A program made the position numbers and the translations under genes. The notes beneath the pieces were generated by a model. The model had not been told where the DNA came from. It did no database searches and saw only the letters and a program-made list of their open reading frames with translations. Positions 23,445 through 35,290 of a stretch of 64,000 nt of DNA are shown piece by piece. Every line of letters begins with the position of its first letter. Position 1 is the stretch's first letter. The stretch is taken from assembly GCF_050920415.1 (NCBI RefSeq), contig NZ_CP169309.1. One strand, given 5' to 3'. This DNA comes from Escherichia coli (GTDB taxonomy: Bacteria > Pseudomonadota > Gammaproteobacteria > Enterobacterales > Enterobacteriaceae).

Positions 23445-25998
23445 ACCGGTAGGCGATCTGGTCGTTGATTTAAGTCTGGATGCGGCCAGATTTGACGAGC
23501 AGATGGCCAGAGTCAGGCGTCATTTTTCCGGTACGGAAAGTGATGCGAAAAAAACAGCGGCAGTCGTTGAACAGTCGCTGAGCCGACAGGCGCTGGCTGC
23601 ACAGAAAGCGGGGATTTCCGTCGGGCAGTATAAAGCCGCCATGCGTATGCTGCCTGCACAGTTCACCGACGTGGCCACGCAGCTTGCAGGCGGGCAAAGT
23701 CCGTGGCTGATCCTGCTGCAACAGGGGGGGCAGGTGAAGGACTCCTTCGGCGGGATGATCCCCATGTTCAGGGGGCTTGCCGGTGCGATCACCCTGCCGA
23801 TGGTGGGGGCCACCTCGCTGGCGGTGGCGACCGGTGCGCTGGCGTATGCCTGGTATCAGGGCAACTCAACCCTGTCCGATTTCAACAAAACGCTGGTCCT
23901 TTCCGGCAATCAGTCGGGTCTGACGGCAGATCGCATGCTGGTCCTGTCCAGAGCCGGGCAGGCGGCAGGGCTGACGTTTAACCAGACCAGCGAGTCACTC
24001 AGCGCACTGGTTAAGGCGGGGGTAAGCGGTGAGGCTCAGATTGCGTCCATCAGCCAGAGTGTGGCGCGTTTCTCCTCTGCATCCGGCGTGGAGGTGGACA
24101 AGGTCGCTGAAGCCTTCGGGAAGCTGACCACAGACCCGACGTCGGGGCTGACGGCGATGGCACGCCAGTTCCATAACGTGACGGCGGAGCAGATTGCGTA
24201 TGTTGCTCAGTTGCAGCGTTCCGGCGATGAAGCCGGGGCATTGCAGGCGGCGAACGAGGCCGCAACGAAAGGGTTTGATGACCAGACCCGCCGCCTGAAA
24301 GAGAACATGGGCACGCTGGAGACCTGGGCAGACAGGACTGCGCGGGCCTTCAAATCCATGTGGGATGCGGTGCTGGATATTGGTCGTCCTGATACCGCGC
24401 AGGAGATGCTGATTAAGGCAGAGGCTGCGTTTAAGAAAGCAGACGACATCTGGAATCTGCGCAAGGATGATTATTTTGTTAACGATGAAGCGCGGGCGCG
24501 TTACTGGGATGATCGTGAAAAGGCCCGTCTTGCGCTTGAAGCCGCCCGAAAGAAGGCTGAGCAGCAGACTCAACAGGACAAAAATGCGCAGCAGCAGAGC
24601 GATACCGAAGCGTCACGGCTGAAATATACCGAAGAGGCGCAGAAGGCTTACGAACGGCTGCAGACGCCGCTGGAGAAATATACCGCCCGTCAGGAAGAAC
24701 TGAACAAGGCACTGAAAGACGGGAAAATCCTGCAGGCGGATTACAACACGCTGATGGCGGCGGCGAAAAAGGATTATGAAGCGACGCTGAAAAAGCCGAA
24801 ACAGTCCGGCGTGAAGGTGTCTGCGGGCGATCGTCAGGAAGACAGTGCTCATGCTGCCCTGCTGACGCTTCAGGCAGAACTCCGGACGCTGGAGAAGCAT
24901 GCCGGAGCGAATGAGAAAATCAGCCAGCAGCGCCGGGATTTGTGGAAGGCAGAAAGTCAGTTCGCGGTACTGGAGGAGGCGGCACAACGTCGCCAGCTGT
25001 CCGCACAGGAGAAATCCCTGCTGGCGCATAAAGATGAGACGCTGGAGTACAAACGCCAGCTGGCTGCACTTGGCGACAAGGTTACGTATCAGGAGCGCCT
25101 GAACGCGCTGGCGCAGCAGGCGGATAAATTCGCACAGCAGCAACGGGCAAAACGGGCCGCCATTGATGCGAAAAGCCGGGGGCTGACTGACCGGCAGGCA
25201 GAACGGGAAGCCACGGAACAGCGCCTGAAGGAACAGTATGGCGATAATCCGCTGGCGCTGAATAACGTCATGTCAGAGCAGAAAAAGACCTGGGCGGCTG
25301 AAGACCAGCTTCGCGGGAGCTGGATGGCAGGCCTGAAGTCCGGCTGGAGTGAGTGGGAAGAGAGCGCCATGGACAGTATGTCGCAGGTAAAAAGTGCAGC
25401 CACGCAGACCTTTGATGGTATTGCACAGAATATGGCGGCGATGCTGACCGGCAGTGAGCAGAACTGGCGCAGCTTCACCCGTTCCGTGCTGTCCATGATG
25501 ACAGAAATTCTGCTTAAGCAGGCAATGGTGGGGATTGTCGGGAGTATCGGCAGCGCCATTGGCGGGGCTGTTGGTGGCGGCGCATCCGCGTCAGGCGGTA
25601 CAGCCATTCAGGCCGCTGCGGCGAAATTCCATTTTGCAACCGGAGGATTTACGGGAACCGGCGGCAAATATGAGCCAGCGGGGATTGTTCACCGTGGTGA
25701 GTTTGTCTTCACGAAGGAGGCAACCAGCCGGATTGGCGTGGGGAATCTCTACCGGCTGATGCGCGGCTATGCCACCGGTGGTTATGTCGGTACACCGGGC
25801 AGTCTGGCTGACAGCCGGTCGCAGGCGTCCGGGACGTTTGAGCAGAATAACCATGTGGTGATTAACAACGAAGGCACGAACGGGCAGATAGGGCCACAGG
25901 CGCTGAAGGCGGTTTATGACGTAGCCCGTAAGGCGGCAATGGATGTTGTGACCGGGCAGATGCGCGATGGTGGTCTGTTCTCCGGAGGTGGACGATGA
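23437..25998 (+). CDS. H: Tail tape measure protein H
   Basis: 853 aa, same length as lambda gpH, coiled-coil-rich translation. Confidence 0.95.
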   Translation: MAEPVGDLVVDLSLDAARFDEQMARVRRHFSGTESDAKKTAAVVEQSLSRQALAAQKAGISVGQYKAAMRMLPAQFTDVATQLAGGQSPWLILLQQGGQVKDSFGGMIPMFRGLAGAITLPMVGATSLAVATGALAYAWYQGNSTLSDFNKTLVLSGNQSGLTADRMLVLSRAGQAAGLTFNQTSESLSALVKAGVSGEAQIASISQSVARFSSASGVEVDKVAEAFGKLTTDPTSGLTAMARQFHNVTAEQIAYVAQLQRSGDEAGALQAANEAATKGFDDQTRRLKENMGTLETWADRTARAFKSMWDAVLDIGRPDTAQEMLIKAEAAFKKADDIWNLRKDDYFVNDEARARYWDDREKARLALEAARKKAEQQTQQDKNAQQQSDTEASRLKYTEEAQKAYERLQTPLEKYTARQEELNKALKDGKILQADYNTLMAAAKKDYEATLKKPKQSGVKVSAGDRQEDSAHAALLTLQAELRTLEKHAGANEKISQQRRDLWKAESQFAVLEEAAQRRQLSAQEKSLLAHKDETLEYKRQLAALGDKVTYQERLNALAQQADKFAQQQRAKRAAIDAKSRGLTDRQAEREATEQRLKEQYGDNPLALNNVMSEQKKTWAAEDQLRGSWMAGLKSGWSEWEESAMDSMSQVKSAATQTFDGIAQNMAAMLTGSEQNWRSFTRSVLSMMTEILLKQAMVGIVGSIGSAIGGAVGGGASASGGTAIQAAAAKFHFATGGFTGTGGKYEPAGIVHRGEFVFTKEATSRIGVGNLYRLMRGYATGGYVGTPGSLADSRSQASGTFEQNNHVVINNEGTNGQIGPQALKAVYDVARKAAMDVVTGQMRDGGLFSGGGR

Positions 25999-26324
25999 AA
26001 ACCTTCCGCTGGAAAGTGAAACCCGGTATGGATGTGGCTTCGGCCCCTTCCGTCAGGAAGGTGCGCTTTGGTGATGGCTATTCCCAGCGTGCGCCTGCCG
26101 GGCTGAATGCCGACCTGAAAACGTACAGTGTGACGCTTTCCGTGACCCGGGAGGAGGCCCGGCATCTGGAGTCGTTTCTGGCAGAGCACGGGGGCTGGAA
26201 GGCCTTTCTGTGGACGCCGCCTTATGGTTACAGGCAGATAAAGGTGACCTGCGCAAAATGGTCGTCGCAGGTCAGTATGTTGCGTGTTGAGTTCAGCGCA
26301 GAGTTTAAACAGGTGGTGAACTGA
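25995..26324 (+). CDS. M: Tail tip protein M
   Basis: 109 aa, matches lambda gpM. Confidence 0.9.
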   Translation: MKTFRWKVKPGMDVASAPSVRKVRFGDGYSQRAPAGLNADLKTYSVTLSVTREEARHLESFLAEHGGWKAFLWTPPYGYRQIKVTCAKWSSQVSMLRVEFSAEFKQVVN

Positions 26325-27022
26325 TGCAGGATATCCGGCAGGAAACACTGAATGAATGCACCCGTGCGGAGCAGTCGGCCAGCGTGGTGCTCTGGGAAAT
26401 CGATCTGACAGAGGTCGGTGGAGAACGTTATTTTTTCTGTAATGAGCAGAACGAAAAAGGTGAGCCGGTCACCTGGCAGGGGCGACAGTATCAGCCGTAT
26501 CCCATTCAGGGGACGGGATTTGAACTGAACGGCAAGGGCAGTGCTGCCCGTCCGACACTGACGGTCTCTAACCTGTACGGCATGGTCACCGGGATGGCGG
26601 AAGATCTGCAGAGTCTGGTTGGCGGAACGGTGGTCCGGCGTAAGGTTTACGCCCGTTTTCTGGATGCGGTGAACTTCGTCAACGGAAACAGAGACGCCGA
26701 TCCGGAGCAGGAGGTGATCAGCCGCTGGCGCATCGAGCAGTGCAGCGAACTGAGCGCGGTGAGTGCCTCCTTTGTACTGTCCACGCCGACGGAAACGGAT
26801 GGCGCTGTTTTTCCGGGACGTATCATGCTGGCCAACACCTGCACCTGGACCTATCGCGGTGACGAGTGCGGTTATAGCGGTCCGGCTGTCGCGGATGAAT
26901 ATGACCAGCCAACGTCCGATATCACGAAGGATAAATGCAGCAAATGCCTGAGCGGTTGTAAGTTCCGCAATAACGTCGGCAACTTTGGCGGCTTCCTTTC
27001 CATTAACAAACTTTCGCAGTAA
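26324..27022 (+). CDS. L: Tail tip protein L
   Basis: 232 aa, matches lambda gpL including the C-terminal Cys cluster. Confidence 0.9.
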   Translation: MQDIRQETLNECTRAEQSASVVLWEIDLTEVGGERYFFCNEQNEKGEPVTWQGRQYQPYPIQGTGFELNGKGSAARPTLTVSNLYGMVTGMAEDLQSLVGGTVVRRKVYARFLDAVNFVNGNRDADPEQEVISRWRIEQCSELSAVSASFVLSTPTETDGAVFPGRIMLANTCTWTYRGDECGYSGPAVADEYDQPTSDITKDKCSKCLSGCKFRNNVGNFGGFLSINKLSQ

Positions 27023-27027
27023 ATCCC

Positions 27028-27771
27028 ATGACACAGACAGAATCAGCGATTCTGGCGCACGCCCGGCGATGTGCGCCAGCGGAGTCGTGCGGCTTCGTGG
27101 TAAGCACGCCGGAGGGGGAAAGATATTTCCCCTGCGTGAATATCTCCGGTGAGCCGGAGGCGTATTTCCGGATGTCGCCGGAAGACTGGCTGCAGGCAGA
27201 AATGCAGGGTGAGATTGTGGCGCTGGTCCACAGCCACCCCGGTGGTCTGCCCTGGCTGAGTGAGGCCGACCGGCGGCTGCAGGTGCAGAGTGATTTGCCG
27301 TGGTGGCTGGTCTGCCTGGGCGTGATTCACAAGTTCCGCTGTGTGCCGTATCTCACCGGGCGGCGCTTTGAGCACGGAGTGACGGACTGTTACACGCTGT
27401 TCCGGGACGCTTACCATCTGGCGGGAATTGAGATGCCGGATTTTCACCGCGAGGATGACTGGTGGCGTCACGGTCAGAATCTCTATCTTGACAATATGGA
27501 GGCAACGGGTTTTTACCGTGTCGCACTGACAGAGGCGCAGCCGGGCGATGTGCTGCTGTGCAGCTTTGGTTCATCGGTGCCGAATCATGCTGCCATTTAC
27601 TGCGGCGACGGCGAGCTGCTGCACCATATTCCTGAACAACTGAGCAAACGAGAGAGGTATACCGACAAATGGCAGCGACGCACACACTCCCTCTGGCGTC
27701 ACCGGGCATGGCACGCATCTGCCTTTACGGGGATTTGCAACGATTTGGCCGCCGCATCGACCTTCGTGTGA
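27028..27771 (+). CDS. K: Tail tip assembly protein K (MPN/NlpC-P60 type)
   Basis: Translation MTQTESAILAHARRCAPAESCGFVVS... matches lambda gpK; overlaps I by about 100 nt as in lambda. Confidence 0.9.
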   Translation: MTQTESAILAHARRCAPAESCGFVVSTPEGERYFPCVNISGEPEAYFRMSPEDWLQAEMQGEIVALVHSHPGGLPWLSEADRRLQVQSDLPWWLVCLGVIHKFRCVPYLTGRRFEHGVTDCYTLFRDAYHLAGIEMPDFHREDDWWRHGQNLYLDNMEATGFYRVALTEAQPGDVLLCSFGSSVPNHAAIYCGDGELLHHIPEQLSKRERYTDKWQRRTHSLWRHRAWHASAFTGICNDLAAASTFV

Positions 27772-28310
27772 AAACGGGGGCTGAAGCCATCCGGGCGCTG
27801 GCCACACAGCTCCCGGCGTTTCGTCAGAAACTGAATGAGGGCTGGTATCAGATACGGATTGCCGGGCGTGATGCAGGTGAAACCGAATTATCAGCCCGTC
27901 TGAATGAGCCGCTGGAAAATGGTGCCGTGATCCACATCGTGCCGCGTCTGGCGGGTGCTAAAAGTGGCGGTATTTTTCAGGCAGTGCTGGGGGCGGCTGT
28001 TATGGCAGTTGCTATATGGATGCCAGGAGTAGGAATTATGGCGAGTAATCTGCTGTTTTCTCTCGGTGCCAGTATGACGCTTGGCGGTGTTGCACAGATG
28101 CTGGCCCCTAAACCCAAAACCCCCCGCACACAGACAACGGATAACGGCAAACAGAACACCTATTTTTCTTCACTGGATAACATGGTTGCCCAGGGCAATG
28201 TCCTGCCCGTTCTGTACGGTGAAATGCGTGTGGGGTCGCGCGTGGTTTCTCAGGAGATCAGCACGGCAGACGAAGGGGACGGTGGTCAGGTTGTGGTGAT
28301 TGGTCGCTGA
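27669..28310 (+). CDS. I: Tail tip assembly protein I
   Basis: Translation matches lambda gpI; 60-bp gap to J as in lambda. Confidence 0.9.
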   Translation: MAATHTLPLASPGMARICLYGDLQRFGRRIDLRVKTGAEAIRALATQLPAFRQKLNEGWYQIRIAGRDAGETELSARLNEPLENGAVIHIVPRLAGAKSGGIFQAVLGAAVMAVAIWMPGVGIMASNLLFSLGASMTLGGVAQMLAPKPKTPRTQTTDNGKQNTYFSSLDNMVAQGNVLPVLYGEMRVGSRVVSQEISTADEGDGGQVVVIGR

Positions 28311-28370
28311 TGCAAAATGTTTTATGTGAAACCGCCTGCGGGCGGTTTTATCGTTTATGGAGCGTGAGGA

Positions 28371-31300
28371 ATGGGTAAAGGCAGCAGTAAGGGGCATACC
28401 CCGCGCGAAGCGAAGGACAACCTGAAGTCCACGCAGCTGCTGAGTGTGATCGATGCCATCAGCGAAGGGCCGGTTGAAGGTCCGGTGGATGGATTAAAAA
28501 GCGTGCTGCTGAACAGTACACCTGTGCTGGACAGTGAGGGGAATACCAATATCTCCGGCGTCACGGTGGTGTTCCGGCCGGTGAGCAGGAGCAGACACCG
28601 CCGGAGGGGTTTGAATCCTCCGGCTCCGAGACGGTGCTGGGTACGGAAGTGAAATACGACACGCCGATCACCCGCACCATTACGTCTGCAAACATCGACC
28701 GTCTGCGCTTTACCTTCGGTGTACAGGCACTGGTGGAAACCACCTCAAAGGGTGACAGGAATCCGTCGGAAGTCCGCCTGCTGGTTCAGATACAACGTAA
28801 CGGTGGCTGGGTGACGGAAAAGGACATCACCATTAAGGGTAAAACCACTTCACAGTATCTGGCCTCGGTGGTGGTGGATAACCTGCCGCCGCGCCCGTTC
28901 AGTATCCGGATGCGCAGGATGACGCCGGACAGCACCACAGACCAGCTGCAGAACAAAACGCTCTGGTCGTCATACACTGAAATCATCGATGTGAAACAGT
29001 GCTACCCGAACACGGCACTGGTTGGCGTACAGGTGGACTCGGAACAGTTCGGCAGTCAGCAGGTGAGCCGTAATTATCATCTGCGCGGGCGCATTCTGCA
29101 GGTGCCGTCGAACTATAACCCGCAGACGCGGCAATACAGCGGTATCTGGGACGGAACGTTTAAACCGGCATACAGCAACAACATGGCCTGGTGTCTGTGG
29201 GATATGCTGACCCATCCGCGCTACGGCATGGGGAAACGTCTTGGTGCGGCGGATGTGGATAAATGGGCGCTGTATGTCATCGGCCAGTACTGCGACCAGT
29301 CAGTGCCGGACGGCTTTGGTGGCACGGAGCCGCGCATCACCTGTAATGCGTACCTGACCACACAGCGCAAGGCGTGGGATGTGCTCAGTGATTTCTGCTC
29401 GGCGATGCGCTGTATGCCGGTATGGAACGGGCAGACGCTGACGTTCGTGCAGGACCGACCGTCGGATAAGGTGTGGACCTATAACCGCAGTAATGTGGTG
29501 ATGCCGGATGATGGCGCGCCGTTCCGCTACAGCTTCAGCGCCCTGAAGGACCGCCATAATGCCGTTGAGGTGAACTGGATTGACCCGGACAACGGCTGGG
29601 AGACGGCGACAGAGCTTGTTGAAGATACGCAGGCCATTGCCCGTTACGGTCGTAATGTCACGAAGATGGATGCCTTTGGCTGTACCAGCCGGGGGCAGGC
29701 ACACCGCGCCGGGCTGTGGCTGATTAAAACGGAACTGCTGGAGACGCAGACCGTGGATTTCAGCGTGGGTGCTGAAGGGCTTCGCCATGTACCGGGCGAT
29801 GTCATTGAAATCTGCGATGATGACTATGCCGGTATCAGCACCGGTGGTCGCGTGCTGGCGGTGAACAGCCAGACCCGGACGCTGACGCTCGACCGTGAAA
29901 TCACGCTGCCATCCTCCGGTACCACGCTGATAAGCCTGGTTGACGGAAGTGGCAATCCGGTCAGCGTGGAGGTTCAGTCCGTCACCGACGGCGTGAAGGT
30001 AAAAGTGAGCCGTGTTCCTGACGGTGTTGCTGAATACAGCGTATGGGGGCTGAAGCTGCCGACGCTGCGCCAGCGACTGTTCCGCTGCGTGAGTATCCGT
30101 GAGAACGACGACGGCACGTATGCCATCACCGCCGTGCAGCATGTGCCGGAAAAAGAGGCCATCGTGGATAACGGGGCGCACTTTGACGGCGAACAGAGTG
30201 GCACGGTGAATGGTGTCACGCCGCCAGCGGTGCAGCACCTGACCGCAGAAGTCACTGCAGACAGCGGGGAATATCAGGTGCTGGCGCGCTGGGACACGCC
30301 GAAGGTGGTGAAGGGCGTGAGCTTCCTGCTTCGCCTGACCGTGGCAGCGGATGACGGCAGTGAGCGGCTGGTCAGCACGGCCCGGACGACGGAAACAACA
30401 TACCGCTTCAGGCAGCTGGCGCTGGGGCGGTACACGCTGACAGTCCGGGCGGTAAATGCGTGGGGGCAGCAGGGCGATCCGGCATCGGTATCGTTCCGGA
30501 TTGCCGCACCGGCAGCGCCGTCGCGGATTGAGCTGACGCCGGGCTATTTTCAGATAACCGCCACGCCGCATCTTGCGGTTTATGACCCGACGGTACAGTT
30601 TGAGTTCTGGTTCTCGGAAAAGCGGATTACCGATATCAGGCAGGTTGAAACCACAGCCCGCTATCTTGGTACGGCGCTGTACTGGATAGCCGCCAGTATC
30701 AATATCAAACCGGGCCATGATTATTACTTTTATATCCGCAGTGTGAACACCGTTGGCAAATCGGCATTCGTGGAGGCTGTTGGTCAGCCGAGTGATGATG
30801 CTTCCGGCTATCTGGATTTTTTCAAAGGAGTGATAGGGAAAACACACCTGGCTCAGGAGCTGTGGACGCAGATTGATAACGGTCAGCTTGCGCCTGACCT
30901 GGCTGAAATCAGGACGTCCATTACGGATGTCAGCAATGAAATCACACAGACCGTCAATAAGAAACTGGAAGACCAGAGTGCAGCGATCCAGCAGATACAG
31001 AAGGTTCAGGTTGATACAAATAATAACCTGAACAGCATGTGGGCTGTGAAGCTGCAGCAGATGCAGGACGGACGCCTTTATATCGCGGGTATCGGTGCCG
31101 GTATTGAGAACACCCCTGACGGCATGCAGAGTCAGGTGCTGCTGGCGGCGGACAGGATTGCGATGGTTAATCCTGCGAATGGCAACACAAAACCGATGTT
31201 TGTTGGTCAGGGCGATCAGATATTCATGAACGACGTGTTCCTGAAGCGCCTGACGGCCCCCACCATTACCAGCGGCGGCAATCCCCCGGCCTTTTCCCTG

Positions 31301-31849
31301 ACACCAGACGGAAAGCTGACCGCTAAAAATGCGGATATCAGTGGCAGTGTGAATGCGAACGCCGGGACGCTCAATAATGTCACGATTAATGAGAACTGTC
31401 AGATTCTGGGGAAACTGTCAGCTAATCAGATTGAAGGCGATATTGTTAAAACGGTGGGTAAGGCTTTCCCCCGTGACTCCCGGGCACCGGAGCGGTGGCC
31501 GTCAGGGACCATTACCGTCAGGGTTTATGACGATCAGCCTTTTGACCGGCAAATTGTCATTCCGGCGGTGGCATTCAGCGGTGCCAGACATGAGAGAGAG
31601 CATAATGACATTTATTCATCATGCCGTCTGATAGTGCGGAAAAACGGTGCTGAAATTTATAACCGTACCGCGCTGGATAATACGCTGATTTATACCGGTG
31701 TGATTGATATGCCAGCGGGTCGCGGTCACATGACGCTGGAGTTTTCGGTATCAGCGTGGCTGGTGAATGACTGGTATCCCACGGCAAGCATCAGCGATTT
31801 GCTGGTTGTGGTGATGAAGAAATCCACAGCCGGTATCAGTATCAGCTGA
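28371..31849 (+). pseudogene. J: Central tail fibre / host-specificity protein J, disrupted by a 1-nt frameshift near 28578; C-terminal receptor-binding region appears divergent from lambda J
   Basis: N-terminal 93-aa ORF (28371..28652) matches the J N-terminus; the rest (28634..31849) continues in another frame. Confidence 0.8.
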
Positions 31850-31907
31850 ATGTTCAGAAACCAGACCGGGTGCCAGAAATGGCACCTTTTTTATTTGTGG
31901 AACGAAT

Positions 31908-34492
31908 ATGGCAGTAAAGATTTCAGGCGTGCTGAAAGACGGTGCAGGTAAACCGGTACAGAACTGCACCATTCAGCTGAAAGCAAAACGTAACAGTACC
32001 ACGGTGGTGGTGAACACGGTGGCCTCAGAAAATCCGGATGAAGCCGGGCGTTACAGTATGGACGTTGAGTACGGCCAGTACGGTGTCATCCTGCTGGTTG
32101 AAGGTTTTCCGCCGTCACATGCCGGCACCATCACCGTGTATGAAGATTCTGAGCCGGGGACGCTGAATGATTTTCTCGGTGCCATGACGGAGGATGATGC
32201 CCGTCCGGAGGCACTGCGCCGTTTTGAACTGATGGTGGAAGAGGTGGCGCGTAACGCGTCCGCAGTGGCACAGAACACGGCAGCCGCGAAAAAATCCGCC
32301 GGCGATGCCGGAACATCTGCCCGTGAGGCGGCAACCCATGCGACTGATGCTGCAGGCTCAGCACGCGCCGCCAGCACGTCCGCCGGACAGGCTGCGACGT
32401 CAGCACAGGAAGCATCTTCCGGCGCAGAAACAGCCTCAGCAAAGGCCGCTGAGGCATCAAAAAGTGCTGCCGCTGCAGAGTCCTCAAAAAGCGCGGCGGC
32501 CACCAGTGCCGGTGCCGCGAAAACGTCAGAAACGAATGCGGCAGCGTCACAACAATCAGCCGCCACGTCTGCATCCACCGCGACCACGAAAGCGTCAGAA
32601 GCTGCCACGTCAGCCAGGGATGCGGCGGCCTCAAAAGAGGCGGCAAAATCATCAGAAACGAGCGCAGCCTCGAGCGCCGGTAGTGCAGCTTCCTCGGCAA
32701 CGGCGGCAGGAAATTCCGCGAAGGCGGCAAAGACGTCTGAGACGACGCCAGGTCTTCTGAAACGGCAGCGGAACAGAGTGCCTCCGCAGCAGCAGGCTCA
32801 GAAACTGCCGCTGCATCATCGTCCCGTGAGGCGTCAGTTAAAGCGGAGGAGGCATCAGCCAGTGCCACCGCCGCCGGAAAATCGGCAGAAAGTGCCGCAT
32901 CGTCCGCTTCAGCAGCCACAACGAAGGCTGGCGAAGCCACTGAACAGGCCACTGCAGCAGTGAGGTCTGCTTCCGCTGCGAGGACATCCGAGACGAACGC
33001 GAAAGCGTCGGAAACCCGTGCAGAATCTTCAGAAACGGCTGCCGTATCGTCCGCCAGTTCGGCGGCGTCATCAGCATCATCGGCGTCAGCTTCAAAAGAT
33101 GAGGCGGCAAGGCTGGCGTCAGAGGCGCAGGGCAGTGCCACGACGGCATCCGCGAAGGCGACAGAGGCAGCTGGCAGTGCGACAGCGGCAGCACAGAGCA
33201 AAAGCACGGCAGAATCCGCGGCAACGCGCGCCGAGACTGCGGCAAAACGGGCGGAGGATATTGCGTCTGCCGTGGCGCTTGAGGATGCGAGCACGACGAA
33301 AAAGGGGATAGTCCAGCTCAGCAGTGCAACCAACAGCACTTCCGAGTCACTGGCGGCAACACCAAAGGCCGTAAAAGCCGCCTGTGAGAATGCTGAGAAA
33401 CGACTGCAGAAAGATAAGAACGGTGCGGATGTCCCCGACAAAGACACCTTTACGAAAAATATTGGTGCCTGCCGTGCCTTCGGTGGGGCCGTAAGCACAA
33501 CGACAGGAGACTGGACGACCGCACAGTTTATCGGGTGGCTGGATTCTCAGGGCGCATTTAACCACCCATACTGGATGTGCAAGGGCTCCTGGTCTTACGG
33601 TAATAATAAAATCATCACGGATACGGGCTGCGGAAATATTCATCTCGCCGGCGCTGTCATTGAGGTGATGGGGATAAAGTCAGCGATGACGATCCGCATA
33701 ACCACACCGACAACATCCAGCGGAAGTGGAACGGCGAATGCGCAGTTTACCTATATTAATCATGGTGATGGTTATTCCCCTGGCTGGCGTCGTGACTACA
33801 ACACGAAAAACAAGCCACCGGCCTTTGCGCTGGGAAAAACCGGGGAAACGCTCGCCGATACAGATGCCGTCGCCTGGAACCTGGACAGTGGCGCTTATTG
33901 TGCACAGGATGGTGGCGCATCATCCTTAATTCTTCATTTTAATACAGGGGAAGGCAGCTGCCCCGCGGTCCAGTTTCGGGTGAATTACCGGAATGGCGGG
34001 ATATTTTACCGCTCCGCCCGTGATGGCTATGGCTTTGAGGCGGACTGGGAGCGTCTGTTCACGACAACGGGCGGGACCCTGGAAGGTGCTGTGGGTATCG
34101 GTGCACAGAATACGCTGGGCGGCCATTCACTTGCGCTGGGGAGGGGCGACACAGGCCTGAAACAAAACGGCGACGGTAATCTTGATGTTTACGCCGGTAA
34201 CGCACGTGTAATGCGCTTTACAAACGGCAGCATTCAGGTCAGTAAAGGGCTGAATGTGTCCGGGCGCGTTAATCCTTCCGATTACAGTAATTTTGATATC
34301 CGCTATGTCAGGGATATCCGGCTGGGTACGCGTGTTGTTCAGGGCATGCAAAAAGGCGTGACGTATGAGAAATCCGGCCATGTCATTACGGGGCTTTGTC
34401 TTGTCGGGGATGCTGATGGCGATAACTCAGCGGTTTACCGGCCGGTGCAAAAATACATAAACGGCACATGGTTTAACGTATCGCAGGTATAA
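31908..34492 (+). pseudogene. stf: Side tail fibre protein Stf, disrupted by a 1-nt frameshift near 32747 within the Ala/Ser/Thr-rich repeat region
   Basis: N-terminus MAVKISGVLKDGAGKPVQNCTIQLKA... and the conserved GIVQLSSATNSTSESLAATPKAVKAA motif lie in different frames; genuine repeat sequence continues in the other frame across 32741. Confidence 0.75.
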
Positions 34493-34495
34493 GTA

Positions 34496-35026
34496 ATGCA
34501 GCACTTAAAAAATATTACAGCAGGTAATCCCAAAACCGTTGCTCAGTATCAACTGACAAAAAATTTTGATGTTATCTGGTTGTTTTCAGAGGACGGAAGA
34601 AACTGGTATGAAGAAGTGAGTAACTTTCAGAAAGACACAATAAAGATGGCTTACGATGAAAACAATATTATCGTTGCCATCACCCGGGATGCCTCAACGC
34701 TTAATCCGGCGGGATTAAGTGTTGTTGAGGTGGCAGATATAACGGCGAACCGCCGTGCAGACGATTCGGGGCAGTGGATGTATCTGGACGGTCAGGTGAG
34801 GAAACGCGAGTATTCGTCAGAGGAAGTCAACAGACAGACAGAGCAACGCAAGGCCACGCTGCTCAGTGAAGCAGATACCATCATCCGGCTTCTGGAGCGG
34901 TCGGTAAGGCTGAGTATGGCCACGGAAGAAGAGCGAACCCGGCTGTCGGCCTGGGAGCGTTACAGCGTCCTGCTCAGCCGGGTGGATTCAGCGAACCCGG
35001 AATGGCCACAAAAGCCAGAGCAGTAA
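34496..35026 (+). CDS. tfa: Tail fibre assembly protein Tfa
   Basis: 176-aa ORF immediately downstream of stf; sequence typical of lambdoid Tfa. Confidence 0.8.
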   Translation: MQHLKNITAGNPKTVAQYQLTKNFDVIWLFSEDGRNWYEEVSNFQKDTIKMAYDENNIIVAITRDASTLNPAGLSVVEVADITANRRADDSGQWMYLDGQVRKREYSSEEVNRQTEQRKATLLSEADTIIRLLERSVRLSMATEEERTRLSAWERYSVLLSRVDSANPEWPQKPEQ

Positions 35027-35290
35027 ATACCGGAGAAGAGGATTTTACGTTAATCAGTAATTACAGGCAGAGATGATAAAAGCCGCGGAACATTGTATGC
35101 AGGAATGTGCTGCGGCATACCGGATAACTGCGTATGTTGTGGAGTTTTATTTGGGGCATATATGGGACAGAAACAGGCCTCAGATAGGCAGTGATATTGA
35201 GATCAGGATATTTTTGAAAAGATGCAACCATTTGAAAAAACATAGAAAACCCCAAGAAAACCACAGGATGAAAAAAAACACCTATGAATC

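Noticed and set aside
29300-30847. 515-aa minus-strand ORF
   Set aside because: Lies entirely antisense to the well-supported J gene in GC-rich sequence; long antisense open frames are expected there by chance and the translation has no protein-like features
31908-33300. Possible CRISPR-like or tandem repeat array
   Set aside because: The repetition is coding (collagen-like Ala/Ser/Thr repeats of the side tail fibre), with no spacer/direct-repeat architecture and no cas genes
32131-33498. 455-aa minus-strand ORF and other long ORFs overlapping stf
   Set aside because: Antisense to or out of frame with the Ala/Ser/Thr repeat tract of stf; low-complexity Ala/Pro/Arg translations are artefacts of the repeat
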